DNA of 64,000 bases from Balanoglossus misakiensis (Eukaryota > Animalia > Hemichordata), in NCBI GenBank assembly GCA_040954595.2, contig CM082584.2:8203919-8267918 (forward strand), given 5' to 3'. How positions within the stretch are numbered: the first letter of the stretch is position 1; each line of letters opens with the position of its first letter. A model generated the notes under the pieces. It searched no databases. It saw only the letters and a program-made list of their open reading frames with translations, and had not been told where the DNA came from. Shown here piece by piece: positions 42,301 through 54,370 of this stretch. Made by a program: the position numbers and the translations under genes.

Positions 42301-45300
42301 GTGGCACACATTTCAAAGTTTAACCCTTTCACAACCATGGTTCAGTCCAAACCCATTGTTTTCTATGGTAAGGTTGGACCTCTAAAGAGGGAACTGGGGG
42401 TGAAAGGGTTAAAACAGACAGAATGTATGACTATTATAAATACATCATTCTGATAGGAATATGTTTGAACTGAAAGTGTCATAAATAAAACTTAACAGTT
42501 TGACAATGATCAGATACTGGTATATTGCTCAGCAGTGTATCATGCATGTGCATGGATATGAAACCATGATCATAGCACCTTGATTGAGTGTGTTTGACAC
42601 ATTAATATCTTATACATTACGTCTGCTATGAATAAAGTTTTTTTATAGGTCAGGAGAGGTTGTATATTACATCAAGTCTGTTTCACTCCTAATTTATTGA
42701 CTCAAACTCTGTATACGGTACTGTTACACATATGTAACATGGTATAAATGTTTTCCTTGGATGGAAAAATTGCAGAACTTCAAACAAGAGCCATGTTGGT
42801 TTTCTGTGGAGTTTTTTATCAGCAGGTTTTCTCACACAGGAAGAGATATGGCTGTTGATTGGCATCTTGAGTTTCAGTACGTGCACATCCATGGCAGAGG
42901 TGAATGTTCGGTGCCAACAACTGGTAGTTTAATGTGATCAAAGTACAAGTGTGCAGCCATTCACAGTGTAATATTGAGTGGAGTGGTAAAGGTTTGTTTT
43001 TATCTCTGAGGACATAATACCAAGGCAACTAAACATGTAGGGCAATCCAGCGCAGGTGTTGAAAACCACAGCCATCAAATCACCCTGGCCCATAAAAAAG
43101 TGTCTGAAATAGTCTGGTGAAGTGACTTGGAGACAAATAGTGTGTTTGTGAGGACTCAAGCACTTAACTGTCACTTAATATCAGAAAACCTAAGTTTGAA
43201 AGTAAAAAGTTTAACAAGAGCCCCACTCTACTATACCACAGGTGAAAAGGTTAATTATCCTAGCCAAGTCTGGTTATCAGAATCCATAATCTTCTTCATC
43301 CTGTATACTGTAAGTTGCTGCGTGACCTGAGTACAGTACAATGGTCAACTAGCTTTATCGCTTCTGTCTGTTGATACAGTGTGCCAACGGGATATAAATG
43401 TTTGGTGTATTTGAAGGGTAGGGCTTTGGGGCTTAAGCTTTGTAGTGGAGGAAAGCCACCCCAATAAAAAGAGAAAACAAATTGTGATTTAGGAGTGGTG
43501 GGGCGGCATTTTTGTTGCTTGATTCACTCCAGGAAGTTACTTAATTTGAAGTTAATGCAGAATTGCATGCATGCTTCCCAGTTTGTTGGACTCGCACCAC
43601 ATCTGACCAACTCCCATAGAAGCTCCCGTTTAACCTCCCATTGTGGCCTGACCAATCAGATTGCACGTTACTTTGATCTACACTGAAGGATATTATACCT
43701 ATCGTTCTCTATGGCACCTTCTGATTGGTTTACTGGCCCTGTACAGCCAGAGATCTCACAATTAGCAGAAAATCATCTGTTAAAAAAATTGGAATTGGTG
43801 ATCGAAAACTGTGATTATATTATTGATATTTGTTTCTCCCTGGTCAATCTTTAAAGGGACATTAGCTGTAAATTTGTTTTTGTTTTTCCGGTATCTCTTT
43901 TTTGTGTATCAAGTCCAATTTCTTGCTCTACCCCTGAGTAGCTTGTAATATGTGTATAGGTACACAAAACAAAAGATGTAGCAGAAAGTTACAGCTAATG
44001 GAGCTTTAAAGTACATGTACCTAAACCAGGACAGAACATTTGACTTCTGATTGACCGTTGTCATGATGTAATCACACTTAATTACCGGTAATCGGGAACC
44101 TGACCTGGTGAATGTCTGAACATGTTTCGAACACTTCAGAGGCCATCATTTCCAATAAAACGGTGGAATGTTAAACCTTAAACAATTTTCATGTGATCCT
44201 CTTGCAAACTGGCAACAGCGATTTGTGGCCATTTGTTACAGTATTACTGTCACACGGTCAAGCACTGGTGTGATGTGATGTACAGAATCTCTGTAAGGAT
44301 AGACTTGTACATACATGTACAGTGTGGCCTGGTTAAACTCCTGCACACAGTGCATGCAGGTCTATAATCCCATGATGATAATAATGGGACGACGTGAGTG
44401 CTTGAAATTGCGCAATATATATCCACCTATCATTCCTGACATTAATGTACCCCGGATGATATCTTATATAAATTTTAGATAACTTATCAATAGAGGAAGC
44501 CTGTACCTTTCTCCAATGGACAGGTACATCAAGAAAAAGGGAAGAGATCAAGGATTACTTTACATGTATGTCATAGTTATCCATGTGTGATCTCAATGTT
44601 TTAATGTATATATAATTACCGGTACCTCATGTGTAATGATTTTGATATCACTCCACATACCTAATGGTATAGTAATGATAAAAACCGTAAAACTGCCATG
44701 ATATGCAAAGTACTGTGTGGGTGGCACAGCGTGGGGGAGGGGGTGGCGTGGGTGGGAAGGTGATGTCATAAATGATAAGGACATTTTGTATAGTGTGGAA
44801 TGGCGTGGTGGTGACACTGGCAGAAAGAAATATGGACATACAGTGATACTTATAGTTGTAATATATTGCTATATTATTGTGGCCTCATACCAGAGAGATT
44901 AGACAACACACTTGGCATCGATAGCCATGCTGTTTCTTTATTGCTTTACTGCACATGCTCACCTGTTCAGCCTCATGCATTATACACAACAACTTTTTAC
45001 ATAGCAGTTAATACCAATACATATCACTAGTCTGTTAAGGACATTTCAGGAACACAAACTTGCATCCTTAGGAGAGAGCCTTTTTTTCTACCATCTAGAT
45101 ACCAATGGCAGCACATACTTGTCCAGATTTTCACTGATTCCAGAACATAAAAGCATTCCACAGCCATGAAAATCACTGTGACAAAATTTAATTGCCTGCA
45201 ATAATTTCATTCTAACTTGGTTAGTACAAGGACATGATGTAATAAATGTTCAAGGTTTTAAATAGGATTTTATTGGTTCTCTCTTCTGCACAGCTGATTC

Positions 45301-48300
45301 TAACCCTCCAACCAATGTGCGAAGTGACTGTCCAAACCTGAACTGCACTGTATACTGGGACCCGCCAGAAGGCACGACTGAAAACGACACTTTGTACTAC
45401 ACCACAGAACATCAAGAGTAAGTAATTCCTAATTAGTACATATACGTCATGTTTTGATTGACATTTAGAATGTTGATAGGGAACTTTTGCCAACAGGATC
45501 ATGAACTTCTTTGTGGATAAAAGAGGAAATTGTTTATACACACACCGCTGGTGGCTAATTCAATAATTGAATGGTTTATACATTAATATGAAATTAATGC
45601 ATGCCTAATATAATGCAAACACTGATTTCAAAAAGATCATAGCATATTTGCATTCGGTTTGTATGCAATATAGTAGTAACATGCATGACAATGATCATTG
45701 ACATGTACAAGTAACTTTATTGCATTGCTCTGTAACCCATATTTGATAAATCAGAAGCAGGGATTACCATACTTGGACATTAAACAATAAATTTAACACA
45801 TTCTGTGAATGTTACTTTAAGTTGACCAGTAGCATTTAATTCCTAATCAGTAATTTAATGTTCAAACATAAAATTCCTAATCAGTAATTTTAACATGTTT
45901 GATGTTAGTCCCAATACTGGCAATTTACATGTAGATCAATAACAATTAACAAACAAAAAAAGTGAGAAAGATATGTCTTTGATAGACAGTGCATGTACTT
46001 GCGTACACGGCATAGGCATATTGTAGCATGGAAATTTGCATGGTGTCATTTTCTTACAGCTGTATCGAATTATATGATAATGGATGGATAACAAAGTGTA
46101 CTAACAGCACAGAAAGAGAATGCAACCTTGGTAGTGATTTGACTTTCCCAGAAAAACCATGGTGTGTGTTGGTAGGGACACTAACAGAAGATGGAACTGC
46201 ACAGAATCTGTTGAATCCATCACTTGTGATAGATTCCTATCATACGGGTAAGCTGGAAGTTATACTCCTTAATGCTAGCTATATTTTTCTGGCTTTCAGA
46301 ATGGCAGAGTTGGTGTATGATCCTAATAACTGGATGCACAAACAAGAATGTACAAACACAACTCTCACGTTGTGCAATTTTGGGGCAGACTTCGATCCAA
46401 TTATTTCTGATTGGCGCACAAAAGTCTCGTCACTCAAAGAGGGTGATCCAGAATACAGTACACCTAAGACAGTTGGTGTTATACCTTATTATGATGGTAA
46501 GCTCAGAAGTGGCAATTATTAAATATTGCATCTAGTTGAAAAAAAGTGAAAATTAACTTAAGTACTACTGTACCAAATTTGTTGGAACTATCGACAGATA
46601 GTAAATCATTTTTGTGACAATGTTCTGCTCATTTGCATATATGACTTTTGCTTTTAGTTTTCATTTCCAACATTGCTGCAGCTAATTTGATGAAACTTGC
46701 TTTAGTTATTTATCTGACAGTCATCTGACATCTACAAGTTCCATTTGAATTAATATCTTATTTGCATATTAAATGAATTTGTGCAAGCAGCTGTACAACA
46801 CCAGACTTCCTATACCGAACCTGAAAAATTAGCAGTTATATTTGCGCTAGCAATTCATGTTGTGTACCAAAATATTTATTGTGTTATGCTATTGCTAGTT
46901 AACCATTAATATAGTGTTGGAACTATTTTTTTTTTAATGCAGCAACACTTGGTGAAGCATATATTGTAAATGTAACTACCACCAGCCGTTCAATTTACCT
47001 GAGGTGGGACTCTCCTTACACTCCATATTATGACTACAATACTGACAGACAGAAGCAAATGGAAGAATATTATAGTATCCAGTATAATTTGACATACTGG
47101 GATGTTTCTGATCCTACAGAATGTGTAAGTACTTCCAGGGCTTGCTTGTTTTTTGTTTTTTTGACAAAAAACATCAATGATGATATTCTCACCAAGCTAC
47201 CAAGATCCCAGTTGACTCACTAAAATGTAATGCTGCTTTGTGCAACCTGCATAATTTCATTCAAAATTAAAAAAAAAAATTATAATGTGGGCAGTGATTT
47301 GTATTCATGAACTTGTGATAAAGAAATTAGAATGTATGGGGATTAATTCATAGACAATAATTTTCAATGAAAGTTTTTGAAATTTGACACAGATGACAGT
47401 CGAGACAAGTACTGTAGAATTTACAACTCTTAGTGGAGACAAGATAATTCCATGGAGTACTTACACCATTGTTGTCCAGGGAAGACTGCCTACTATTGCA
47501 GGCTATGGAGAACAGGTTGACGTGACTGTAACCACAGATGAAGAAGGTATTGTATACAATTTGCTTTTACAAATTGTGTATACATGTACCAGTGAAGTGT
47601 GTAATTTGTGACTTATTTTGATTGAAACCACAACCTTACCCTGTCTTGCCGTGACGTCTCCTTGCAGTTAATGTGACGTCATGTGTAAACAACAGTTGCA
47701 TCACCATTTCATGTTTTAGAGTGAGGAGTTTATCAAATTCTGTCAATGTGATTTTTTTTATCCAGCTCCTGGAAAAGGTCTCACACTGACGGAAGATGGG
47801 CAGTCACATGACTGTGACATTTCACCTGATGTCAGAGATGTGTATATCTCCTGGCAGGTGAGTAGAGCAACTCTCAGGCCAGCATCCATAAAATTCATGA
47901 CTGCCAAGAGTTAGATGGATCAGGATTTTCTCAAACCTGTGCATCATTGATAAATTACCACTTACATGTAATGTTTATGCACTATCCCAATAGGCCATTG
48001 AACAGGAGTACTGTTATGGAGAATTAACCAAATATCAAGTACGGTACAGATGCCAAGAAAATGCGACCACAATTGAAACAAATGTAAACACCACTTCCGT
48101 GATCCTGTCAGATATATCAAGATGGTGTGCCTACGATGTAGATGTTTCCGTGTGTAATTCGGCAGGGTGTACCGGAAGTGAAAATCCACTTACAATTGAT
48201 AGCATCAAAATTGGTATATATGTTTACATGTTTTGTTCGTAAACTTTACAAATGTATTCCCCTGTAACTGATATTACTTTGATTTGAGTTATAAGTTAAC

Positions 48301-51116
48301 TTTTGTATAACAATCGTTTACTTTACAGCCAGAGACCCACCAGTAAATGTCACAGCGTACGACACCTCATACACCTCATTCAATGTGACCTGGCTTCCAC
48401 CTGACAACGATGAGTGCGTCCACAGTTACAATGTTCGGTACACAAGTAACATCCACGAAGGGGAAACTGTCTCCTACGGTCTTCATGCCCACATAAGAGA
48501 TGTACCATCTGATACAGAATACACGGTCACTGTCTCTGCCAACATCTATGATTACTATGATAGCACAGACGAGAGTGAACCACGGTCAACAACTGTGAGA
48601 CTTGTTGGTAGGTTAAGACTCTGTCCTTCAAAGTCAGCCACTTATGACCTTGAATGACGGAATAATATGAAGTTATTACAATAGTACCTCAAAGTATACG
48701 GTACTAATGTCCGAGTGCATTCTTTGTGGAATTTTTGTAAAATCATTATTATACATCTTTCATCTCTGTTAGTTTTTTTTAAATCCAAATATCTTGTGTA
48801 CCACAATCAACTTATTTCCAATCATTTCCACAGATTGGACAACGCAAGTAGGTCTGATAGTGATCATGGTAGTCCTTGGTGTAATCGTGATGGGGCTGGT
48901 CATTTTGTATGCTTGCTATAGGAAAAAAGAGTTTGTCTATAAGAACTGCTTTGGAGCCGTTAAGAAAGACTCTTTCGACTCGTACATGGTGAGAGAACTT
49001 TTTGACAGTTTGCAACAAATTAAGATGTTTATATGTTTATGATACTCATTTTATAACCCATTGTCATTTCCAGAGGGGGGGGGAACATATTTGATGAAAA
49101 AATAATGTCATTCAAGTTTTGCATGACTGACAAGGCAGTATCTGTAGTACATGTATTTTAAATGGATAGTGTGACGTCCATGTCTGACCTCATGAGTTAA
49201 TATTAACGGACTAAAGGGACCACATTTTGTTTCCAAATTTTGAGGTGATCATTGAAATTGTAAATAAAGTATGTATAAATCACACTAAAATAAACTCCAA
49301 CCATATTCTATAAATTAACACTAACAGTACATGTCCTCATAGTGTACTGTGTATTGTTAGTTTGCAGGTTTCTCAATGGGTTTGTATATGACATTTTATG
49401 TTGCAGGTCGGAGTCTTAGATGACAGACCTAGTGTTCCAACTCATGAAGCCTTCGAATATGATCGACTGTACGCGCCCACAAATGGGATTACTCTTGGTG
49501 TAAATCTTGACACCTCCTCTCCAACTGAGACTGGGATTGCTTCACAAGTTTCTCCACAATCTTCTGATACCGGAATAAACAGTTCTCCAGGGATGGTACT
49601 AAACCTCAGCTTGTCAGATATCCTCTTGCCTTGTAATAGCGATGATAGTTCAGGCGTGGGTGGAAATGTCGAGCCAATGGAAGAGTATCTGCGGGTGGCC
49701 GCAAGCGACAGTCAAGAACCGAGCAAGGACGGCTCACACGGAGTCGTCAGCTATGTCAGAGTCGGGGCTGGGAATTCAAGTTCAAGTGAGGGTTCCCAGA
49801 GTGGCTACCACTTGCAGAAGCCGGTTACTCCTGAAGGCCAACGGGTTGTGCAGTCTGTGGAGGACGGCGAAACTCAAGGAGTTCATCTGGTGGTGGAGAC
49901 TGCAGGTGACTGGGTGAATGACAGCACGTTGCAGAGTGATGAAGAGGACATCGGTGCCAAACTTGCTAAGATTGGTATCGTACTGGATGTGGACAACGAC
50001 GGCAACGGGAATCCCAGTCTGGAAGAGAAAGCCGACGTGAATTCTTGCGGAATACAGGTGGATTTCAGCGACGGTCTTGAAGATGCAGGTGAGAGGAGCA
50101 CCCACACAGGGGGAGAAATTGCGGATGATTTCGGTCAGGGGAGAGATATTGAGTCACCAGCAAAGCTGGATGTTCAGTTTTTACTTGATGGCAGTTACTG
50201 CGGTGATATAGTGGAGTGCGACAACCAATTATTTGAATCGCATGAATTGCCAGAATTGAGCAGCGGAAGCAGCTCAGGTAGCAAGTCGGCATCGAGTTGT
50301 GGAACCAACATGTCTGGCTACACACCCTCATTAGAGCCAGTGGCAGCGCAGATCGAGGAACACGAACCAACCACCGCAGAGTTTCCAGAAGACAATCCAC
50401 AAGATGAGCCGGATGCAAACCTTGCCGACATCCTCGGTATTCCATTCGGAGGAGGAGATTTCGGAGGGTCCCAGAGTGAAGTCGATTTCAGCGACGGGGA
50501 GGGACAAGACGATGATGACACGCAAGCAGCTGTTGCCGCCAAATCTTCCAACTATGTTGCACCTCCGTCTGTCGCCGAGGAGTCGCGACCCGTCAACAGA
50601 CAAGACTGCAGTTCAGGGGACCAAGCACATGGAGACTACGAAGCTTCAGTTCCACTTCCTGCAAGTGGCGATTATAGTCTGGCACCGGCCACAAGCGACA
50701 GACAGGATCGTTCACCAACTAACTACGTCAGTTCGGGCTACGTTCCTCCGTCAAATTCTCGTGATTTGAAAAGCGAGAAACAAGGAAACTTCCTGAGGCA
50801 GGAGAGCAGTACGAGTGATTATGCAACAGACGACGACATTTGTAGAAGTAGACATGACACTGCTGCAACCAAGTCCGACGAGTCTCCTGCAGAGGAGTGT
50901 GCATCAGATGCCTCGAGCGACAGCGCTGTGGGTAGTTCCTCCGACTCCAATCTAGACATCGCAAACCATCCTGATGGTTTTACAGAAGCCGAAAATTCTC
51001 ATTACTACAAGTCTAACCTGAACAATAACAACATTGACTTGGCAAACACAACAAGGACACCCACAAGTGATTTTTGTGAAACATTTTGCAGCAATGACCA
51101 GACAAACGTCCCCTGA
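36336..51116 (+). CDS. Gene C: class II-like (IL-10R/interferon receptor/tissue factor-type) cytokine receptor with two extra FN3 domains, TM and long acidic Tyr-containing tail
   Basis: Exons: 36336-36414 (signal MAPERRLSKLVVTLTVLTCASLRSVQ), 45294-45417 (PPTNVRSDCPNLNCTVYWDPP..YYT), then either 46060-46247 or 46300-46496 (W..C-x7-C-N-L/F), 46943-47124 (TLG..P.TP..MEEYYSIQYNLTYW) and 47393-47546. FN3 exons are 47766-47857 plus 47994-48213, and 48329-48607. Then TM 48834-48988 and tail 49407-51116. There is no WSxWS, and phases across D1-D2 run 1-2-1-0-1. The receptor call is solid; class II assignment rests on motif recognition. Confidence 0.82.
42320..42412. mobile_element. piggyBac-like MITE, best preserved copy
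   Basis: ttaaccctttcac ... gtgaaagggttaa perfect inverted ends including TTAA. Confidence 0.75.
43851..44009. mobile_element. Non-autonomous DNA transposon, Kolobok-like
   Basis: ttaaagggacattagctgtaa ... ttacagctaatggagctttaa imperfect TIR with TTAA flanks. A similar end remnant lies at about 5519-5543. Confidence 0.6.
46060..46247 (+). CDS. Gene C alternative exon 3a (second half of D1; candidate mutually exclusive exon)
   Basis: Acceptor ttcttacag, donor G|gtaagc, phase 2 to 1. Encodes CIELYDNGWITKCTNSTERECNLGSDLTFPEKPWCVLVGTLTEDG..VIDSYHT. Confidence 0.7.
46300..46496 (+). CDS. Gene C alternative exon 3b (second half of D1; candidate mutually exclusive exon)
   Basis: Acceptor ggctttcag, donor G|gtaagc, phase 2 to 1. 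Encodes MAELVYDPNNWMHKQECTNTTLTLCNFGADFDPIISDWRTKVSSLKEG..VIPYYD. Confidence 0.75.
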
Positions 51117-52615
51117 ACGCACACATCAAACTTTTTGGCACGAAATTACTAAAAAGGCACAATTTAGAATTCTTGGGACTTTTTTAAAGAATTATTTTGA
51201 ATAATAAACTTTAAGTTGAAAATTGTATTATTTTACACACAATGTTAAATGCAATGGCCATACTGGTAGTGGCCATTTTCTTCGTCCAGGCCTTATGGTG
51301 CACAGTCCATTCATTTTCCCCAAGTACATGAGTACAAATTGTCTGATAAGGTCGTATTAGGTCTTTTATTTCACCTACGTTTTTCCCAAATTTATTAGCC
51401 TTTTGGTCAAGGTTGTATTTCAGTTTTCATGCTGAAAAAAAATGGCAATGCTTTGGGTGATAGAACTGCCGCAGAACAGGTATAGGACATCAGAGTTTAT
51501 ATGCATTTTGTTTTGGTGTTTTCCGAAACCATTGATTGTGAATTTGCTGTGCAGATGCCTAGCTCCCTGAATGAATTTTTTTCAAATTTTGAAGAAAAAA
51601 ACAACCGGTGCTGTCATTGTAAGGATATTGTTTATCACTTTTTAGTCAAAAATAATTTCACAAAATACCTGTGGTACTGGGTCATTCTGAAAGTGGGACA
51701 TCTATTGAGGAATGGGGGTGAAAGAGTTCAAAATTGCTGTCTTCCTGTGGAAGTAGAATGAACTTGTTCATCAGTGATGTCGATTGTGGGTTGCCATAAC
51801 GACAGTCACATTGTATTTTGTCTTTAAGACATTTCACAGGATGTATCAAATATGATACATGTATTATTCAAATAATTTAAAGTCAGTGAATACATCACTG
51901 CAAGTAATACTGAGACATGGCCTTCAAGCATTGTGTAAATCGTTTATTGCAGTGGAAAAAACAACAATGTTTACATAACATCTGAAATTTTACTATGAAA
52001 TATGTGTAAAGCTATTGGTAGGAAGTTGGCCTGCATGAAACATTTATTCCCTGATATAAGTAAATAACTAAAAATACATAGTGCATTAAAGTAGATATTC
52101 ACTAGAATAAATACCTTCATAACTTTGTACTCTGCAATAAAAAATGGTACATAACATATTATATGTAAGAAAATCACTTTAAAACACCCAGCATTTTAAT
52201 ATAGACCAATTTATGGTTTTTCAGTGTGCGCTTCATTGGCAATTTCAGGGTGCATGTGTGTGGTTGAAAATAAAGCTATGCTCTATCTATCAATAATCCC
52301 ATGTGTAATGATTATGTACTGATGATGAAAACATGTCCAGGGTAAATACTAGGGTGTGGTATGCAATACGTCTATTGCTATCATGAAGTGCACTAGCTGG
52401 ACTATTGAGTGCAATTTTTTCCCCCTCAAACATAGAAATGGTTCTTGTGAAATAGCGCCATCACAGTTTAGATATAACATCCAGGAAAAACAAAGGTACA
52501 GTGATTTTTTTCAGTTCACACGTTTGGAGGCAACCTGACAATATGACTGATGTATCTTTCCATATGATAAAGATGTGGGAACTAACAAACATGTGCAAAC
52601 ATGGAAATGTAAAGT

Positions 52616-53434
52616 TTATCCAAAAATGGTCTTTGTCAAATCACGAAGCCTGCATGTGTCCTCCCGCTTTGGGCTTTTACAATAATACACCAATGATACA
52701 AAGAGTGACAATGCTGCTCCCGACGAGAGATAAAACCGCAAAGACTTGAACCACGAAGGGTAGCCGGTCAGTTGGATGTCGATGACGGCCGCTCCGGACA
52801 ACCCAGCTATCAGGCACGTCAAACCAACTCCCTGATCAAGAAGCAGGCCCAGCCACGCCACCAGGGACGGCGTCACACTGTAGGTCAAATTCAACCAGTC
52901 GGGCTTTGCACTCGCGCCGTTCAGAGTGAGCCCCCAGCGGACTCCGCCGAGAAACGACAGGATGGTAGCGCCGTACGCCATCTGAGCAAACAGCAGGTCG
53001 GCGTCGCAAGAGTTCGTGGCCGCGCAGTACAGCGCGGCCGACGCAAACGGGATCAGACCCGCGAATCCAAGGACTAAAGCCGGCGCCGGTGCCTGGGACA
53101 GGTATCTGTACTTGTATGCAGTTGCGATGGTGACATTTCTGTCGTCTGCCACTGCCGTGTACCCGGCCAAGTTTCTGTGAAAGTTTAACTGTCTCCTCCC
53201 AACATGCTGTGTCTGCATAACTCCACAGGGACCAACTCCTTGATACTTCAAACGCTGGAGAAGTTTGGTGGCGATGTCGCCCTCTATTGCACGATTGCGT
53301 CCAGGTTCTGCTCTCTGAATGCCCACCATATACATGTACCTCCTTGTGAAGTTGGAGCATGAACAGAATTGCAGATACAGTTGATTTCTCTGTCTACTGA
53401 ACAGATAGCACCCAATTCTACCTGAGATCTGCAT
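52616..53434 (-). CDS. TMEM69: Transmembrane protein 69-like (DUF3429)
   Basis: ORF carries PAPALVLGFAGLIPF, AQMAYGATILSFLGGVRWG, SVTPSLVAW and YPSWFKSLRFYLS, all characteristic of TMEM69. The ATG sits directly after an acceptor (tctttcag|ATG at 53434). An upstream 5' UTR exon ends at the donor at 53816. Confidence 0.92.
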   Translation of the reverse strand: MQISGRIGCYLFSRQRNQLYLQFCSCSNFTRRYMYMVGIQRAEPGRNRAIEGDIATKLLQRLKYQGVGPCGVMQTQHVGRRQLNFHRNLAGYTAVADDRNVTIATAYKYRYLSQAPAPALVLGFAGLIPFASAALYCAATNSCDADLLFAQMAYGATILSFLGGVRWGLTLNGASAKPDWLNLTYSVTPSLVAWLGLLLDQGVGLTCLIAGLSGAAVIDIQLTGYPSWFKSLRFYLSSGAALSLFVSLVYYCKSPKREDTCRLRDLTKTIFG

Positions 53435-53815
53435 CTGAAAGACAAAAAATGGCAAATATTCCAAATTTGGACTACATAGTTTTACATAATAATACCTGTA
53501 TTAAACAATTGCCCACAACCATCATATGTGTAATGTTTGGGTCGTTTAGAGGCTGTTGATATTGTTGTGTAGGACGATCACTAGCTCTGCGTGGCAGGGA
53601 TGCATGTCTCACGGCGATGGAGGCATACAGCCCTGCCACACACAGCTTGACGCGACGATCACGGACTCACACACTGACACAGTGACCGTGAATGTACACA
53701 ATGATACATGTAAGATGTACACATGAAATGTACACACTTCGAAGGACATCATGGGGAGTCCAACTGAAATCAACATGATTATCGATGAGTGACTCCAGTA
53801 AATCTGTCGTCTTAC

Positions 53816-54370
53816 CTTAGAAAACTGTACCTATATTCATGCACGTGTGTATGTCGTCTCGATCATGAAGCTCTCGACTGCTGATCATAACTTTACGAGG
53901 CATTCAACGAATAAACATGCCTGTAACATTAACACGAAAAGTCCCCACGTGACTTACACACCCCCAAACGTGTATTCATAACAACATGATAGTTAATTAC
54001 GTATTTTTGGAATACTACACCCTAGATGTTTTCTATGCGTTATAAAATGATTATTAATCAATAAAGATCTGCTACAAATCATTTTCTTGAAATTATCATG
54101 ATTATTGGATTCAGTTATCAGCGCAAACTCCGCGAGATTTGTCGAGAACACCTCTCTTCTGCGTAGTGCGCATGTCATTTAGAAATATTATGGGATGGAC
54201 AGAGGGCAGACATCTTGTTTGTAATATCTGAAACTTGTTGCAGAATTCCACGACAGTTTTGCCAAAATTCCTAGAATTATTATCGGTTCCTAGTCGCTTT
54301 TGCCATCCGAACCATATGTAACAGATAGACCAACTACAGTAGAAAGCGGGCAATAAGGCAAGGTACCTAG
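53816..54370. promoter_or_regulatory. Bidirectional promoter region shared by TMEM69 and the GPBP1-like gene
   Basis: A minus-strand donor at 53816 and a plus-strand donor (AAG|GTACC, about 54362) lie about 550 bp apart and face away from each other. Confidence 0.55.

Noticed and set aside
36420-45290. ORFs in the 8.9 kb first intron of gene C
   Set aside because: Composition looks non-coding and there are no domain motifs.
49642-50964. Overlapping ORFs over the gene C tail exon
   Set aside because: Same shadow effect of a GC-rich coding exon.
51940-52280. Overlapping 3' UTRs of gene C and TMEM69
   Set aside because: AATAAA occurs several times on both strands in AT-rich DNA, so the used sites cannot be assigned from sequence.
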